Source: Actinoplanes sp.
GTDB lineage: Bacteria; Actinomycetota; Actinomycetes; Mycobacteriales; Micromonosporaceae
DNA: 59,771 nt
Reading direction: 5' to 3'
NCBI GenBank assembly: GCA_035562875.1
Contig: DATMVU010000678.1
Span: 1-59,771, forward strand
The first letter of the stretch is position 1. Every line of letters starts with the position of its first letter. Under the pieces are notes generated by a model, which was given only the letters and a program-made list of their open reading frames with translations, did not search any database and had not been told where the DNA came from. The translations under genes were made by a program, and so were the position numbers. Positions 26,982 to 39,671 of the stretch are shown in pieces.

Positions 26982-28691
26982 GTGACGACGCACCTACGAG
27001 CCCGGACGGCCCAGGCCGGTGCGTTCCTGGCACTGGTCGGCGGGGTTTTGCTGGGAATTCCGACAGCAGCCCAGGCTGCGCCTCCAGGCGTGAAGATCGA
27101 CTCGGTGGCCCCCGATCCGGCCGATTCCGGCTCTACTGTAACGGTTAAATTCACCGTTAGTAACCAGGGTGGCGCTGAATCCGGACCCATCACGAGCAAG
27201 GTCACCGCGAACAACGGCGCATCGTGCGTGAGCGGTTGTGAGGCGTCCGGCACTTTCAACGGTTCGCAGAGCTTCAGCGCCACCATCAAGGCGCCCACCG
27301 TCGGAACCGGGCAGAGCCGGCAGATCTCCGTCTCGGTCAACTCCTCGGTGACCTTCACCCCTGAAGGCGAGACCGAACCCAAGACCGAGACCGGATCAGC
27401 GAACGCCGGCTTCACGGTCAAGGGCGCGGCCGCTCCGACCACCGTCCGGCAGGTCTCCGGCCGGGTCAAGGACGACGAGGGTGCCCGGGTCTCCGGTGTC
27501 AGCGTCGTGATGGTGGACAGCGCCGGCAAGCGGTACGAGACGTCGACCAACGGCGACGGCGGCTACTCCTTCACCTCCTCGGACTCGCAGCCGATCGCAG
27601 CCGGCAACATCAAGGTCGCAGCGACCAAGGACGGCTACAACGCCGCGTCGGCCAATGTGCAGGGAAGCGCCGGCCGGACCGTGAACGTCGCCCTCACGAT
27701 CAAGAAGGTCGCCACCGCGAGCCCCTCGGCGTCGCCGTCCGCGAGTGCTTCGGCGAGTGCCGAGGCCACCACGGACGCGACCGAGGAGGAGGAACCGGGC
27801 GACGAGGGCACCAACGAGATCAACGCCGCGGACCCCAACGCGGCCGCCAACAACACCGATGACGAGGGCAGCAACTGGCTGCTCATCATCATGGGCGTGC
27901 TGCTCGTCGCGGCCGGTATCGGCGCGATGCTGCTGGTCTGGATGCGGCGCAAGAAGGCCGAGGAACTCGCCGAGACCGGCATCGGCAAGATCCCGCCGGC
28001 CACCGGTGGCGGCAACAGCTTCGACCAGACGCGGGTGGCCGCTCCGGTCGGTGCCGGCAGCCGGGGCAACGACGCGACGATGATCGCGCCCGCCGGAGGC
28101 GTGGGCGGCGTCGGCAGCCTGGGCGACGCACCCACGATGATCCACCGTCAGCCGGTCGAGGACGAGTTCCCGGACCCGTACGGTGCTCCACTGCCGGCCA
28201 ACGGCGGCTACGCCGGCCAGCAGACCAACCAGTGGGGCAACGAGCCCGCCGACAGCAACTACGGCGGTGGCGGTAACTACGGCGGCACCCAGGCCTACGG
28301 GCAGCAGGGTGGCGGCTACGGAGCCCAGCAGGGTGGCGGTCAGACCCAGCGGTACGACGAGGGCACCAGCATGTACCAACCCGAGCAGCCGCAGGTGCCG
28401 CAGCAGCAACAGCGCTACGACGAGGCAACCGGGATGTACCAGCCCGAGCAGGGCAACGGGTACGACCAGGGCTACGGCCAGCAGGGCGGATACGACCAGG
28501 GCGGCTGGGACAACGGCCAGCAGCCGGGCGGATACGACCAGGGCTACGGCCAGCAGCCGGGCGGTTGGGACCAGCAACAGCAGCAGCCCCAGCAGCCGCG
28601 ACAGCAGGGTGGCTGGGACGACGACCAGCAGGGTTACGGCGACCAGCATGGTGGCGGCAACTACGGCCAGAACCGCAACTGGAACGGCTGA
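26982..28691 (+). CDS. Type I membrane protein: Ig/carboxypeptidase-regulatory-like ectodomains, TM, Gly/Gln/Tyr-rich cytoplasmic tail
   Basis: Signal peptide (AAQA), VSGRVKDD..TNGDGGYSF beta-sandwich motif, TM followed by RRKK, YGQQ/YDQG low-complexity tail. Confidence 0.8.
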   Translation: MTTHLRARTAQAGAFLALVGGVLLGIPTAAQAAPPGVKIDSVAPDPADSGSTVTVKFTVSNQGGAESGPITSKVTANNGASCVSGCEASGTFNGSQSFSATIKAPTVGTGQSRQISVSVNSSVTFTPEGETEPKTETGSANAGFTVKGAAAPTTVRQVSGRVKDDEGARVSGVSVVMVDSAGKRYETSTNGDGGYSFTSSDSQPIAAGNIKVAATKDGYNAASANVQGSAGRTVNVALTIKKVATASPSASPSASASASAEATTDATEEEEPGDEGTNEINAADPNAAANNTDDEGSNWLLIIMGVLLVAAGIGAMLLVWMRRKKAEELAETGIGKIPPATGGGNSFDQTRVAAPVGAGSRGNDATMIAPAGGVGGVGSLGDAPTMIHRQPVEDEFPDPYGAPLPANGGYAGQQTNQWGNEPADSNYGGGGNYGGTQAYGQQGGGYGAQQGGGQTQRYDEGTSMYQPEQPQVPQQQQRYDEATGMYQPEQGNGYDQGYGQQGGYDQGGWDNGQQPGGYDQGYGQQPGGWDQQQQQPQQPRQQGGWDDDQQGYGDQHGGGNYGQNRNWNG

Positions 28692-28713
28692 CGACCCGAA
28701 CTGATCACACGGA

Positions 28714-28746
28714 AAAGCCCCCGCTCGAACTTCGAGCGGGGGCTTT
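28714..28746. terminator. Bidirectional terminator
   Basis: AAAGCCCCCGCTCGAA-c-TTCGAGCGGGGGCTTT between convergent genes. Confidence 0.85.
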
Positions 28747-28755
28747 CTCGTGGAC

Positions 28756-31230
28756 TCAGGACTGCGGGGTGATCGGACCGCCCGGCGTCTGAGGGTTGAG
28801 CTCCAGCGTGACCGACGTGACCTTCTCCGGAACCGGGAAGGTCTCCGGCTCGGCGTTCCGGTTCACCAGCTCGGCGGTGCCGCCGAACAGGTCACGAAGC
28901 GTCGACGACCAGGCCTCACGGACCTCGTCCAGCGGGATGCTGAACTGGCCCTCGACCTGCAGCACCCGCTCCTCGGTGGTGACACCGATCGGGGTGACCG
29001 GCACGCCGTGCTCGGCGGCCAGGGCGAGGAAGGCCTTGTCGTGGCCGCGCGGAACGGCGACCAGGACCCGGCTCGCCGACTCGCTGAACAGGTGCACGAA
29101 GGCCGAGTTGCCGTCCTCCGGAACCGTCACCTTGGCGCCGACCTCGTGCCGCAGCGTGCTCTCCACGAGCACCTGGGCCAGGCCACCGTCGGACAGGTCG
29201 TGCGCGGCGCTGACCAGACCCGACTTGGAGGCCTTGGCCATCACCTTGCCGAGCGCCTGCTCGGCCGCGAGGTCGACCTTCGGCGGGCGGCCACCGAGGT
29301 GGTTGTGGGTCACCCAGGCCCACTCCGAGCCGGAGAGTTCCACACGCGTCTCACCGAGCAGGAAGAGCAGGTCGCCGGCCGGCTTGGCGGGCTTCGGGAA
29401 GCCCATCGGGATGCGGCGGGCCACATCGTCGAAGACGCCGAGCGTGCCGACCACCGGGGTCGGGTGGATCGCCGCGGCACCGGTCTGGTTGTAGAAGCTG
29501 ACGTTGCCACCGGTGACCGGGGTCCCCAGCTCCAGGCAACCGTCGGCGAGAGCCCGGCAGGCCTCGGAGAACTGCCACATCACCGTCGGGTCCTCGGGGG
29601 AGCCGAAGTTGAGGCAGTCGGAGATCGCGATCGGCTCGGCACCGGTGACGGCGACGTTCCGGTACGACTCGGCGAGCGCGAGCTTGGCGCCCTCGTACGG
29701 GTCGAGACGGGCGAACCGCCCGTTCCCGTCGACGGAGAGCGCCACGCCGAGGCCGGTCTTCTCGTCGATCCGCAGCACACCGGAGTCCTCCGGCTGGGCC
29801 AGGACCGTGTTGCCGAGGACGTACCGGTCGTACTGCTCGGTGACCCAGGTCTTGTCGCACAGGTTCGGCGACGCGGCCATCCGCAGCACGGTCTCCCGCA
29901 GTTCGTCACCGGTGCTCGGCCGGGGCAGGGTCTCGGCCCGGTCGGCCTGCAGCAGCATGATGTCGTTCGGCTCACGGATCGGCCGGTTGTAGATCGGCCC
30001 GTCGTCGGCGAGCGAACCCGGCGGCACGTCCACCACGGTGTGGTCGTTCCAGGTGATCAGCAGCCGGCCCGGGGTGCCGTCCTCGGCTGCCGCGGTGACC
30101 TCACCGATCGCAGTGGCCCAGACGCCCCACTTCTCGGCGACCTTGAGCACCGCGTCCAGGTTCTCCGGCGTGACGATCAGGAGCATGCGCTCCTGCGACT
30201 CGCTGGCCAGGATCTCGGTCGGCGACATCGAGGCCTCGCGCAACGGGACCCGCTCCAGCCAGACCCGCATGCCGGTGCCGGCCGCCGCGGCGGTCTCGGT
30301 GAGCGCACAGGTGAGGCCGGCGCCACCGAGGTCCTGGATACCGGAGACGAGACCGGCGTCGTACAGCTCCAGGCAGCTCTCGATCAGCAGCTTCTCCATG
30401 AACGGGTCGCCGACCTGCACCGACGGGCGGCGCTGTTCGGCCTCGTCCTCGGCGAAGGTGGCCGACGCCAGCACGGAGACACCGCCGATGCCGTCCCGGC
30501 CGGTCCGCGCACCGAGCAGCACGACGATGTTGCCGGTGCCGGTCGCCTCCTTCTTCTGGAGACGCTCGACCGGCAGGACGCCGATGCTGAGCGCGTTGAC
30601 CAGCGGGTTGCCCTGGTAGCACGGGTCGAAGACGATCTCGCCACCGATGTTGGGCAGGCCGAGGCAGTTGCCGTAGCCACCGATGCCCGCGACGACGCCG
30701 GGCAGCACCCGGGCGGTGTCGGGGTGGTCGTGCGCACCGAAGCGCAGCGGGTCCATCACCGCGATCGGCCGGGCACCCATTGCCAGGATGTCGCGGACGA
30801 TGCCGCCGACACCGGTCGCCGCACCCTGGTAGGGCTCGACGTAGCTGGGGTGGTTGTGCGACTCGACCTTGAAGGTGACCGCGATCGTGTCGGAGATCTG
30901 CACCACACCGGCGTTCTCACCGATACCGGCGAGCATCCTGGTGTTCTTCGGGGCCTTCTCACTGAACTGCTTGAGATGCACCTTGCTCGACTTGTAGGAG
31001 CAGTGCTCGCTCCACATGATCGAGTACATCGCCAGCTCGGACGCGGTCGGCCGGCGACCCAGGATGTCCCGGATCTTGGCGTATTCGTCGTCCTTGAGCC
31101 CCAGGTCGGCGAACGGCTGGAGTTCGTCCGGGGACTTCTCCGCCCGCTCGACGGTGTCCGGCTCGTCGGAACCGGTGGCGAGCACGTCGGTCGCAGCGAA
31201 TCCGCTGGACTTCTCCGGCTGCGTCGTCAC
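28756..31230 (-). CDS. purL: Phosphoribosylformylglycinamidine synthase subunit PurL
   Basis: [34 protein letters not shown]. Confidence 0.96.
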   Translation of the reverse strand: MTTQPEKSSGFAATDVLATGSDEPDTVERAEKSPDELQPFADLGLKDDEYAKIRDILGRRPTASELAMYSIMWSEHCSYKSSKVHLKQFSEKAPKNTRMLAGIGENAGVVQISDTIAVTFKVESHNHPSYVEPYQGAATGVGGIVRDILAMGARPIAVMDPLRFGAHDHPDTARVLPGVVAGIGGYGNCLGLPNIGGEIVFDPCYQGNPLVNALSIGVLPVERLQKKEATGTGNIVVLLGARTGRDGIGGVSVLASATFAEDEAEQRRPSVQVGDPFMEKLLIESCLELYDAGLVSGIQDLGGAGLTCALTETAAAAGTGMRVWLERVPLREASMSPTEILASESQERMLLIVTPENLDAVLKVAEKWGVWATAIGEVTAAAEDGTPGRLLITWNDHTVVDVPPGSLADDGPIYNRPIREPNDIMLLQADRAETLPRPSTGDELRETVLRMAASPNLCDKTWVTEQYDRYVLGNTVLAQPEDSGVLRIDEKTGLGVALSVDGNGRFARLDPYEGAKLALAESYRNVAVTGAEPIAISDCLNFGSPEDPTVMWQFSEACRALADGCLELGTPVTGGNVSFYNQTGAAAIHPTPVVGTLGVFDDVARRIPMGFPKPAKPAGDLLFLLGETRVELSGSEWAWVTHNHLGGRPPKVDLAAEQALGKVMAKASKSGLVSAAHDLSDGGLAQVLVESTLRHEVGAKVTVPEDGNSAFVHLFSESASRVLVAVPRGHDKAFLALAAEHGVPVTPIGVTTEERVLQVEGQFSIPLDEVREAWSSTLRDLFGGTAELVNRNAEPETFPVPEKVTSVTLELNPQTPGGPITPQS

Positions 31231-31922
31231 TGTTGTCCCCCTGCGAGCTGTCCGTCCGTCGCCAGGCTGCGCAGAACGGAGGTGAAGAAGCCGAGGCCGT
31301 CCAGCGACGGGCCGGTCAGCGCCTCCACCGCGTGTTCCGGGTGGGGCATGATGCCGACGACGTTGCCGGCCTCGTTGGTGATGCCGGCGATGTCCCGCTG
31401 TGAACCGTTCGGGTTGCCCTTGATGTAGCGGGCGATGACCCGGCCCTCCGCCTCCAGCGCGTCAAGCGTCTTCGAGTCGGCGACGTAGCAGCCCTCACCG
31501 TTCTTCACCGGGATCAGGATCTCCTGATCGGCGGTGAAGCCGTTGGTCCAGGCGGTGTTCGTCGCCTCGACCTTGAGCCACTGGTCCCGGTTACGGAAGT
31601 GCAGGTGCTGGTTCCGGGTCAGCGCGCCGGGCAGCAGGTGCGCCTCGCACAGGATCTGGAAACCGTTGCAGATGCCCAGAACGGGCAGGCCGCCCCGTGC
31701 AGCGTCGATGATCGACTCCATCACGGGAGCAAACCGGGCGATCGCGCCACAGCGCAGAGCGTCGCCGTACGAGAAACCACCGGGCAGGACCACGGCGTCG
31801 ACCCCGTGCAGATCCGGGTCGCCGTGCCAGAGGCGGACCGCCTCGGCTCCGGCGAGCCGGGCGGCGCGGGCGGCGTCTCCGTCGTCGAGCGAACCGGGGA
31901 AGGTGACCACACCGATCCGCAT
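31227..31922 (-). CDS. purQ: FGAM synthase glutaminase subunit
   Basis: [20 protein letters not shown]. Confidence 0.95.
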   Translation of the reverse strand: MRIGVVTFPGSLDDGDAARAARLAGAEAVRLWHGDPDLHGVDAVVLPGGFSYGDALRCGAIARFAPVMESIIDAARGGLPVLGICNGFQILCEAHLLPGALTRNQHLHFRNRDQWLKVEATNTAWTNGFTADQEILIPVKNGEGCYVADSKTLDALEAEGRVIARYIKGNPNGSQRDIAGITNEAGNVVGIMPHPEHAVEALTGPSLDGLGFFTSVLRSLATDGQLAGGQQ

Positions 31923-31924
31923 GG

Positions 31925-32188
31925 TCAGGCGACCTCCGCCGCCGTTGCGCCTTCGACACGGATCTCGAAGTCCTCGATCACCGGGTTGGCGAGCAGCTTG
32001 TCAGCGATCTCCCGGGCCCGGTCGAGGTCCGGTTCGCCAGTGAATTCGATCTCGATCCGGCGGCCGATGCGGACAGAAGAGACATCGGTGACGCCGAGCC
32101 GGGGCAGCGCATTCGCCACCGCTTGACCCTGCGGGTCCAGGATCTCCGGCTTGAGCATGACGTCGACCACGACGCGAGCCACGGGCAC
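31925..32188 (-). CDS. purS: FGAM synthase subunit PurS
   Basis: [20 protein letters not shown]. Confidence 0.95.
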   Translation of the reverse strand: MPVARVVVDVMLKPEILDPQGQAVANALPRLGVTDVSSVRIGRRIEIEFTGEPDLDRAREIADKLLANPVIEDFEIRVEGATAAEVA

Positions 32189-32439
32189 TCCTGACTGATA
32201 GGTGTAAGCAGGCGAAGCCTACCCGGTGTTACTCGCAGGGGGGCCGGGGGCCGGTGTCGTCAGCCCGACCCGAGCGTCTTTGAGCTGGGCGTGAACATCG
32301 ATGCAGCGGCCATCACACAGTGATATGGGTCGATCGGGTTGTGGACCCGGTGTAGACGATGGCCTAGATTCCATCCATCGAATTCGATTCTCCAAGCGCG
32401 CGCGCCTCGTCGACCCGATCCCCAGAAAGGAATCTCGAC

Positions 32440-33117
32440 GTGCGCATTCGACTCTTCGCCGCCGTCACCGGTGCCGTTGCGGCTCTGCTCGCGCCGGCTG
32501 CGGCACAGGCCGCCGACCCGGTCACCCCGAACATCATCGGGGGCAGCACGGTCTCCTCGGCGCCGTGGGCCGCCGCGGTGTTCAGCAACGGCAGCTTCAC
32601 CTGTTCCGGAACCATCATCTCGGCGAACTACGTACTCACCGCCCGTCACTGCGTCAGCGGCACCATGTCGGTACGGGTGGGCAGCGTCAGCTACGGATCA
32701 GGCGGGGTCACCCGGACCGTCTCGTCCTCGGCCACCCGCTACGACCTGGCCCTGCTGCGCCTGAGCAGCGCGGTCAGCACCACCTACATGCCGCTGTCCA
32801 GCGCGTACCCGCCGGTCGGCTCCACCAACAGCATCTACGGCTGGGGCATGACCTGCTACTCGGGCTGCTCGGCGTCGCCCACGCTGAAGACCGCCACGGT
32901 GCAGGTCACCTCGACCAACCAGACGGACGCCTACGGTGGCCGGGCGATCGGCAGCACCCGGATCAACGGCAACGCCTGGCGTGGCGACTCGGGCGGGCCG
33001 CAGGTCTACAACGGCGCCCAGGTGGGTGTCGCGTCGACGGCGGACGGCTCGAGCCGCCAGTACTACGGCAGCGTCGCCTACAACCGGGCGTGGATCACCT
33101 CGACGGCCGGCGTCTAA
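32440..33117 (+). CDS. Secreted S1 (trypsin-like) serine protease
   Basis: Signal peptide, IIGG N-terminus, triad motifs TARHC / DLALL / GDSGGP; AAAGGA RBS. Confidence 0.92.
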   Translation: MRIRLFAAVTGAVAALLAPAAAQAADPVTPNIIGGSTVSSAPWAAAVFSNGSFTCSGTIISANYVLTARHCVSGTMSVRVGSVSYGSGGVTRTVSSSATRYDLALLRLSSAVSTTYMPLSSAYPPVGSTNSIYGWGMTCYSGCSASPTLKTATVQVTSTNQTDAYGGRAIGSTRINGNAWRGDSGGPQVYNGAQVGVASTADGSSRQYYGSVAYNRAWITSTAGV

Positions 33118-33121
33118 GGGT

Positions 33122-34543
33122 CTAAAGGATCGGCGCGGGTGCGTAACCGGCCGCGTCCGGGTGCTGAGCGACGATCTCGGCGACCCGGTCGGCGACCGCG
33201 CGCACCTGCGCCGGTGCCGCGCCGACGAAGGCGGCCCGGTCCGCGACCAGGGTGGCGATCTCGTCCCGGGACAGCTGGAGCCGCTCGTCACCGGCGAGCC
33301 GGTCGAAGAGATCGTTCACCGCCACGCCCTTCTCCCGCATGGCCAGCGCCACACCGACGGCGTGCTCCTTGATCACCTCGTGCGCGACCTCCCGGCCGAC
33401 ACCCTTACGCACCGCCGCGACCAGCACCTTCGTGGTGGCCAGGAAGGGCAGGAAGCGGTCCAGTTCACGGCCGATCACCGCGGGGTACGCCCCGAACTCG
33501 TCGAGCACCGTCAGGAACGTCTGGAACAGGCCGTCGGCGGCGAAGAACGCGTCCGGCAGGGCCACCCGGCGCACCACCGAGCAGGAGACGTCGCCCTCGT
33601 TCCACTGGTCGCCGGCCAGTTCGCCGACCATCGACAGATAGCCGCGGACGATCACCGCGAGGCCGTTGACCCGCTCCGACGACCGGGTGTTCATCTTGTG
33701 CGGCATCGCCGAGGAGCCGACCTGGCCGGGCTTGAAGCCCTCGGTCACCAGCTCCTGGCCGACCATCAGCCGGATCGTGGTGGCCAGCGACGACGGCCCG
33801 GCGACGACCTGGGCGAGCGCCGACACCACGTCGAAGTCGAGCGACCGCGGGTAGACCTGGCCGACGCTGGACAGCACCCGGTTGAACCCGAGGTGCTCGG
33901 CGACCTTCTTCTCGAGTTCCGCGGCCTTCTCAAAGGAACCGTCGAAGAGGTCGAGCTGGTCGGCGGCGGTGCCGACCGGGCCCTTGATGCCGCGCAGCGG
34001 GTAGCGGGCGATCAGGTCGTCCAGGCGCTCGTACGCGATCAGCAACTCCTCGGCCGCCGACGCGAACCGCTTGCCCAGGGTGGTGGCCTGCGCCGCGACG
34101 TTGTGCGAGCGGCCGGTGATCACCAGGTCGGAGTGCTCGACGGCGAGCGCGGTCAGCCGGGCCAGGGTGGCCACCACGCGGCCGCGGATCAGCTCCAGCG
34201 AGGCGCGGATCTGCAGCTGCTCGACGTTCTCGGTGAGGTCGCGGGAGGTCATCCCCTTGTGGATCTGCTCGAACCCGGCCAGCTCGCTGAACTCCTCGAT
34301 GCGGGCCTTCACGTCGTGGCGGGTGATCCGCTCGCGGGCGGCGATCGACTCCAGGTCGACCCGGTCGAGCACCGCCTCGTAGGCCTCGACGGCACCGGCC
34401 GGCACGTCGACGCCGAGATCACGCTGGGCCTTGAGGACCGCCAGCCAGAGCTTGCGCTCCATCCGGATCTTCTCCTCCGGGGACCAGAGGGTGACGAGGT
34501 CGGCGGAGGCGTACCGGGCGGCGAGCACGTTCGGGATGGTCAC
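33122..34543 (-). CDS. purB: Adenylosuccinate lyase
   Basis: TRHDVKA, HKGMTSRD, GSSAMPHKMN signature. Confidence 0.95.
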   Translation of the reverse strand: MTIPNVLAARYASADLVTLWSPEEKIRMERKLWLAVLKAQRDLGVDVPAGAVEAYEAVLDRVDLESIAARERITRHDVKARIEEFSELAGFEQIHKGMTSRDLTENVEQLQIRASLELIRGRVVATLARLTALAVEHSDLVITGRSHNVAAQATTLGKRFASAAEELLIAYERLDDLIARYPLRGIKGPVGTAADQLDLFDGSFEKAAELEKKVAEHLGFNRVLSSVGQVYPRSLDFDVVSALAQVVAGPSSLATTIRLMVGQELVTEGFKPGQVGSSAMPHKMNTRSSERVNGLAVIVRGYLSMVGELAGDQWNEGDVSCSVVRRVALPDAFFAADGLFQTFLTVLDEFGAYPAVIGRELDRFLPFLATTKVLVAAVRKGVGREVAHEVIKEHAVGVALAMREKGVAVNDLFDRLAGDERLQLSRDEIATLVADRAAFVGAAPAQVRAVADRVAEIVAQHPDAAGYAPAPIL

Positions 34544-35772
34544 GCGACCGATTCTTTCACGACCCCGGGCTCGTCCTCCGGCAGCCGGTGACGCAGGGTG
34601 CGGACATCCCGGCTGGCCAGCATGCCCAGCACCGCGACGACGGCCACCGCACCGGCCCCGATCAGCGCGGTCCGCAGACCCACCACCTCGGCGATCGGGC
34701 CGATGGCCACCTGCCCCAGCGGGATCGCGGCGAAGGAGCCGACCATGTCGTACGAGTAGACCCGGGCCAGCCGGTCGGCGGGCACGTGCTCCTGCATCGT
34801 GGTCTCCCAGGCGATGCCGAACTGTTCGAGCGTGAGCCCGGTCACGAACATCGCCAGGAACAGTGCCCAGAGCTGTGGATACCCGCCCAGCACGAACAGC
34901 GGCAGCGACATCCCGAAGCAGCTCAGGACACCGACCAGGAGCAGTCGGCGGGTCCGCAGCCGCATGGCCACCAGCCCACCGAGGACCAGACCGACAGTCT
35001 CCGCGGCGAGCACCATCCCCCACGCCTGCCGGCCGATGGTCTCGTCGGCGACGGCCGGGCCGAGCACGTAGAGCCCACCGGTCCACGCCGCGTTGAGCAG
35101 CGAGAACCCGGCCACCACCACCCACAGCCAGGTCCGGGACCGGAACTCGGACCAGCCGATCCGCAGGTCGGCGAGCACGTGTGAACGCGACGCGGCCGGC
35201 GCTGTGACCCGGACGAAGGCGAAGCAGAGCCCGGCGACGACGAACGTGACCGCGTCGACGGCGATGCCGACACCCGGGTCGGTGGCCGCGACGACCACTC
35301 CGGCGATCGGGGCGCCGAGCACCATGGCGCTGTTCAGCAGGATCCGGCTGAACGCGATGGCTTGCATCCGCACGTTCTCCGGCACGGTCTGCGGCAGCAG
35401 GGCGGCGCTGGCCGGCAGGGCCACCGCACTGGCCATCCCGTTCAGCACCGACAGGCCGATCAGCAGCGGGATCGTCGCGGTCCCGGTGAGCACCAGGGCC
35501 GCGACGGCACCCTGGGTGACCGCGGCGGCAGCATTCGACCCGACCAGCAGCAGCTGCCGGGGCAGCCGGTCGGCCAGCACCCCGCCGAAGAGCAGGAAGA
35601 TCACGTTGGCCAGGGTCCGGGCGCCGACGACCAGGCCGAGGTCACGGGTCGAGCCGGTCAGGTCCAGGACCGCGAAGGCGAGCGCGATCGGGGCGAACGA
35701 GTTGCCCAGGGCGTTGATCGTGCGCCCGGCCACCAGGAATCGGTATGGCGCGAACCGCAGCGCGGCTCTCAC
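34540..35772 (-). CDS. MFS transporter
   Basis: ~12 TM helices, GGVLADRLPR motif A. Confidence 0.9.
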   Translation of the reverse strand: MRAALRFAPYRFLVAGRTINALGNSFAPIALAFAVLDLTGSTRDLGLVVGARTLANVIFLLFGGVLADRLPRQLLLVGSNAAAAVTQGAVAALVLTGTATIPLLIGLSVLNGMASAVALPASAALLPQTVPENVRMQAIAFSRILLNSAMVLGAPIAGVVVAATDPGVGIAVDAVTFVVAGLCFAFVRVTAPAASRSHVLADLRIGWSEFRSRTWLWVVVAGFSLLNAAWTGGLYVLGPAVADETIGRQAWGMVLAAETVGLVLGGLVAMRLRTRRLLLVGVLSCFGMSLPLFVLGGYPQLWALFLAMFVTGLTLEQFGIAWETTMQEHVPADRLARVYSYDMVGSFAAIPLGQVAIGPIAEVVGLRTALIGAGAVAVVAVLGMLASRDVRTLRHRLPEDEPGVVKESVA

Positions 35773-36299
35773 TCGGTCGCCTCTCGGTGCTGGAACATCG
35801 CCACCGTGGTGCTGGTGTGCACGGTGCCAGGGGTGCGTGGCGGCTGAGCGGCGGCGTGCAGATCGTCGACCGCCTGCGAGATCCGGTCCCGGATGCTCAG
35901 CCAGACGTCCGGATCGACCCAGAAGTCCCCGTCGGCGCAGGAGCCGGCGTTCTCCACGAAGCGGGCCTGGGCGCTGCGCCGGATCAGCTCGTGGGCGAGC
36001 GCGGCCAGCTCGGCCCGGCGCTGCTCGTCGGGCAGCGGGCCACGGAGCGGCTCACTGTGCACGTCATACCGGTACCGCTTGGCCACGCCGCCACGGATCT
36101 TCTCCTCGCCGGCCACCACGATCAGCCCGCCGGCGAGGAGGTTGCGCAGGTGGTAGCTGGCGTTGGCGTGGGTGATGCCGAGCTCCCGCGCCACCTCGGC
36201 GGCGGTCAGCGAGGCACCTGTCAGCAGCGACATCATCTGCAACCGCAGGGGGTGGGCCATCGCCCGCAAGGAGGCCGTCCGACCATCTCCCAAAGACAT
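35769..36299 (-). CDS. ArsR-like winged-HTH regulator
   Basis: LRAMAHPLRL..AAEVAREL..ASYHLRNL; 4-bp overlap with the MFS gene. Confidence 0.85.
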   Translation of the reverse strand: MSLGDGRTASLRAMAHPLRLQMMSLLTGASLTAAEVARELGITHANASYHLRNLLAGGLIVVAGEEKIRGGVAKRYRYDVHSEPLRGPLPDEQRRAELAALAHELIRRSAQARFVENAGSCADGDFWVDPDVWLSIRDRISQAVDDLHAAAQPPRTPGTVHTSTTVAMFQHREATE

Positions 36300-36351
36300 G
36301 TTGGAGAGTCTAGGAACAGGACGGGTCGACTGTCCAACAGTTATTTGGGAG
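36287..36351. promoter_or_regulatory. Pair of inverted 19-bp operator-like boxes
   Basis: CTCCCAAAGACATGTTGGA (36287-36305) and TCCAACAGTTATTTGGGAG (36333-36351) are near reverse complements and flank a TAGACT -10 on the minus strand. Confidence 0.6.
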
Positions 36352-36421
36352 TGGCACACTGCACTGGCACACGGCATCCTCACTGGCGTTACCGACCAGT
36401 AAATTTCCGGAAGGACTGTTG

Positions 36422-36874
36422 ATGACTGATTTCAGCCCCGAATCGCTGGCGGCGATCGGCCCGAAGGAGTTCACTCAGCTCGTCAAGTCCACGTCGGATG
36501 CGAAGATCACCGAGGTCATGGCCTCGGAGCGGCGTACCAAGATCCTCGATGAGATCTTCCACCGGATGCCCGGGATGTTCCGCGCCGAGCGGGCCGGCGA
36601 CACCGCCACCGTCATCCACTGGATCATCTCCGGCGGCCCGGCCGACTCGAGCGACGTCTACGAGACGGTGATCGAGAACAAGACCTGCACCGTCACCAGC
36701 ACCCCGGCCCGCGAGCCGAAACTGGCCATGACGATGGACGGCCTGACCTTCCTCAAGATCGTTTCGGGCTCCGGCAACCCGGTCATGCTCTTCATGAGCG
36801 GCAAGATCAAGACCAAGGGCGACGTCATGCTCGCCACCAGCATCCCGAAGCTGTTCGACATCCCCAAGGGCTGA
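36422..36874 (+). CDS. SCP2 sterol-binding domain protein
   Basis: FLKIVSG..NPVMLFMSGKIKTKGD SCP2 signature. Confidence 0.88.
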   Translation: MTDFSPESLAAIGPKEFTQLVKSTSDAKITEVMASERRTKILDEIFHRMPGMFRAERAGDTATVIHWIISGGPADSSDVYETVIENKTCTVTSTPAREPKLAMTMDGLTFLKIVSGSGNPVMLFMSGKIKTKGDVMLATSIPKLFDIPKG

Positions 36875-36878
36875 GCGG

Positions 36879-36913
36879 GAAAGGTCCGGGTGCGTCGTGC
36901 ACCCGGACCTTTC
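36879..36913. terminator. Terminator hairpin
   Basis: GAAAGGTCCGGGTGC / GCACCCGGACCTTTC. Confidence 0.75.
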
Positions 36914-37043
36914 TCACCCCACATTTGATACGCCGTCCGGCCCCACAACCGCAGCGGCCCGTCCCGTCCGGTCCGCGCGAGGCGGGCGGTGGACCGGGCC
37001 GACGTCGCGGCCGCCGGGCCGAATGCGGTGGCCGGCGGCTACC

Positions 37044-39670
<2,627 letters not shown>

Positions 39671-39671
39671 C

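Noticed and set aside
28750-31428. 892-aa plus-strand ORF, and similar long antisense ORFs (502-1899, 24782-26410, 46786-48432, 51163-53859)
   Set aside because: These are shadow ORFs opposite well-supported genes; high GC3 suppresses stops on the antisense strand, and they carry no motifs.
32377-32388. 12-bp palindrome ATCGAATTCGAT upstream of the protease; GAAATC repeats at 47875-47903 upstream of fbaA
   Set aside because: Plausible operators, but too short and without a candidate regulator to support a claim.
32440-33117. S1 protease as the RiPP leader peptidase
   Set aside because: It lies ~9 kb away within the pur cluster with no linkage evidence; the same applies to the MFS at 34540.
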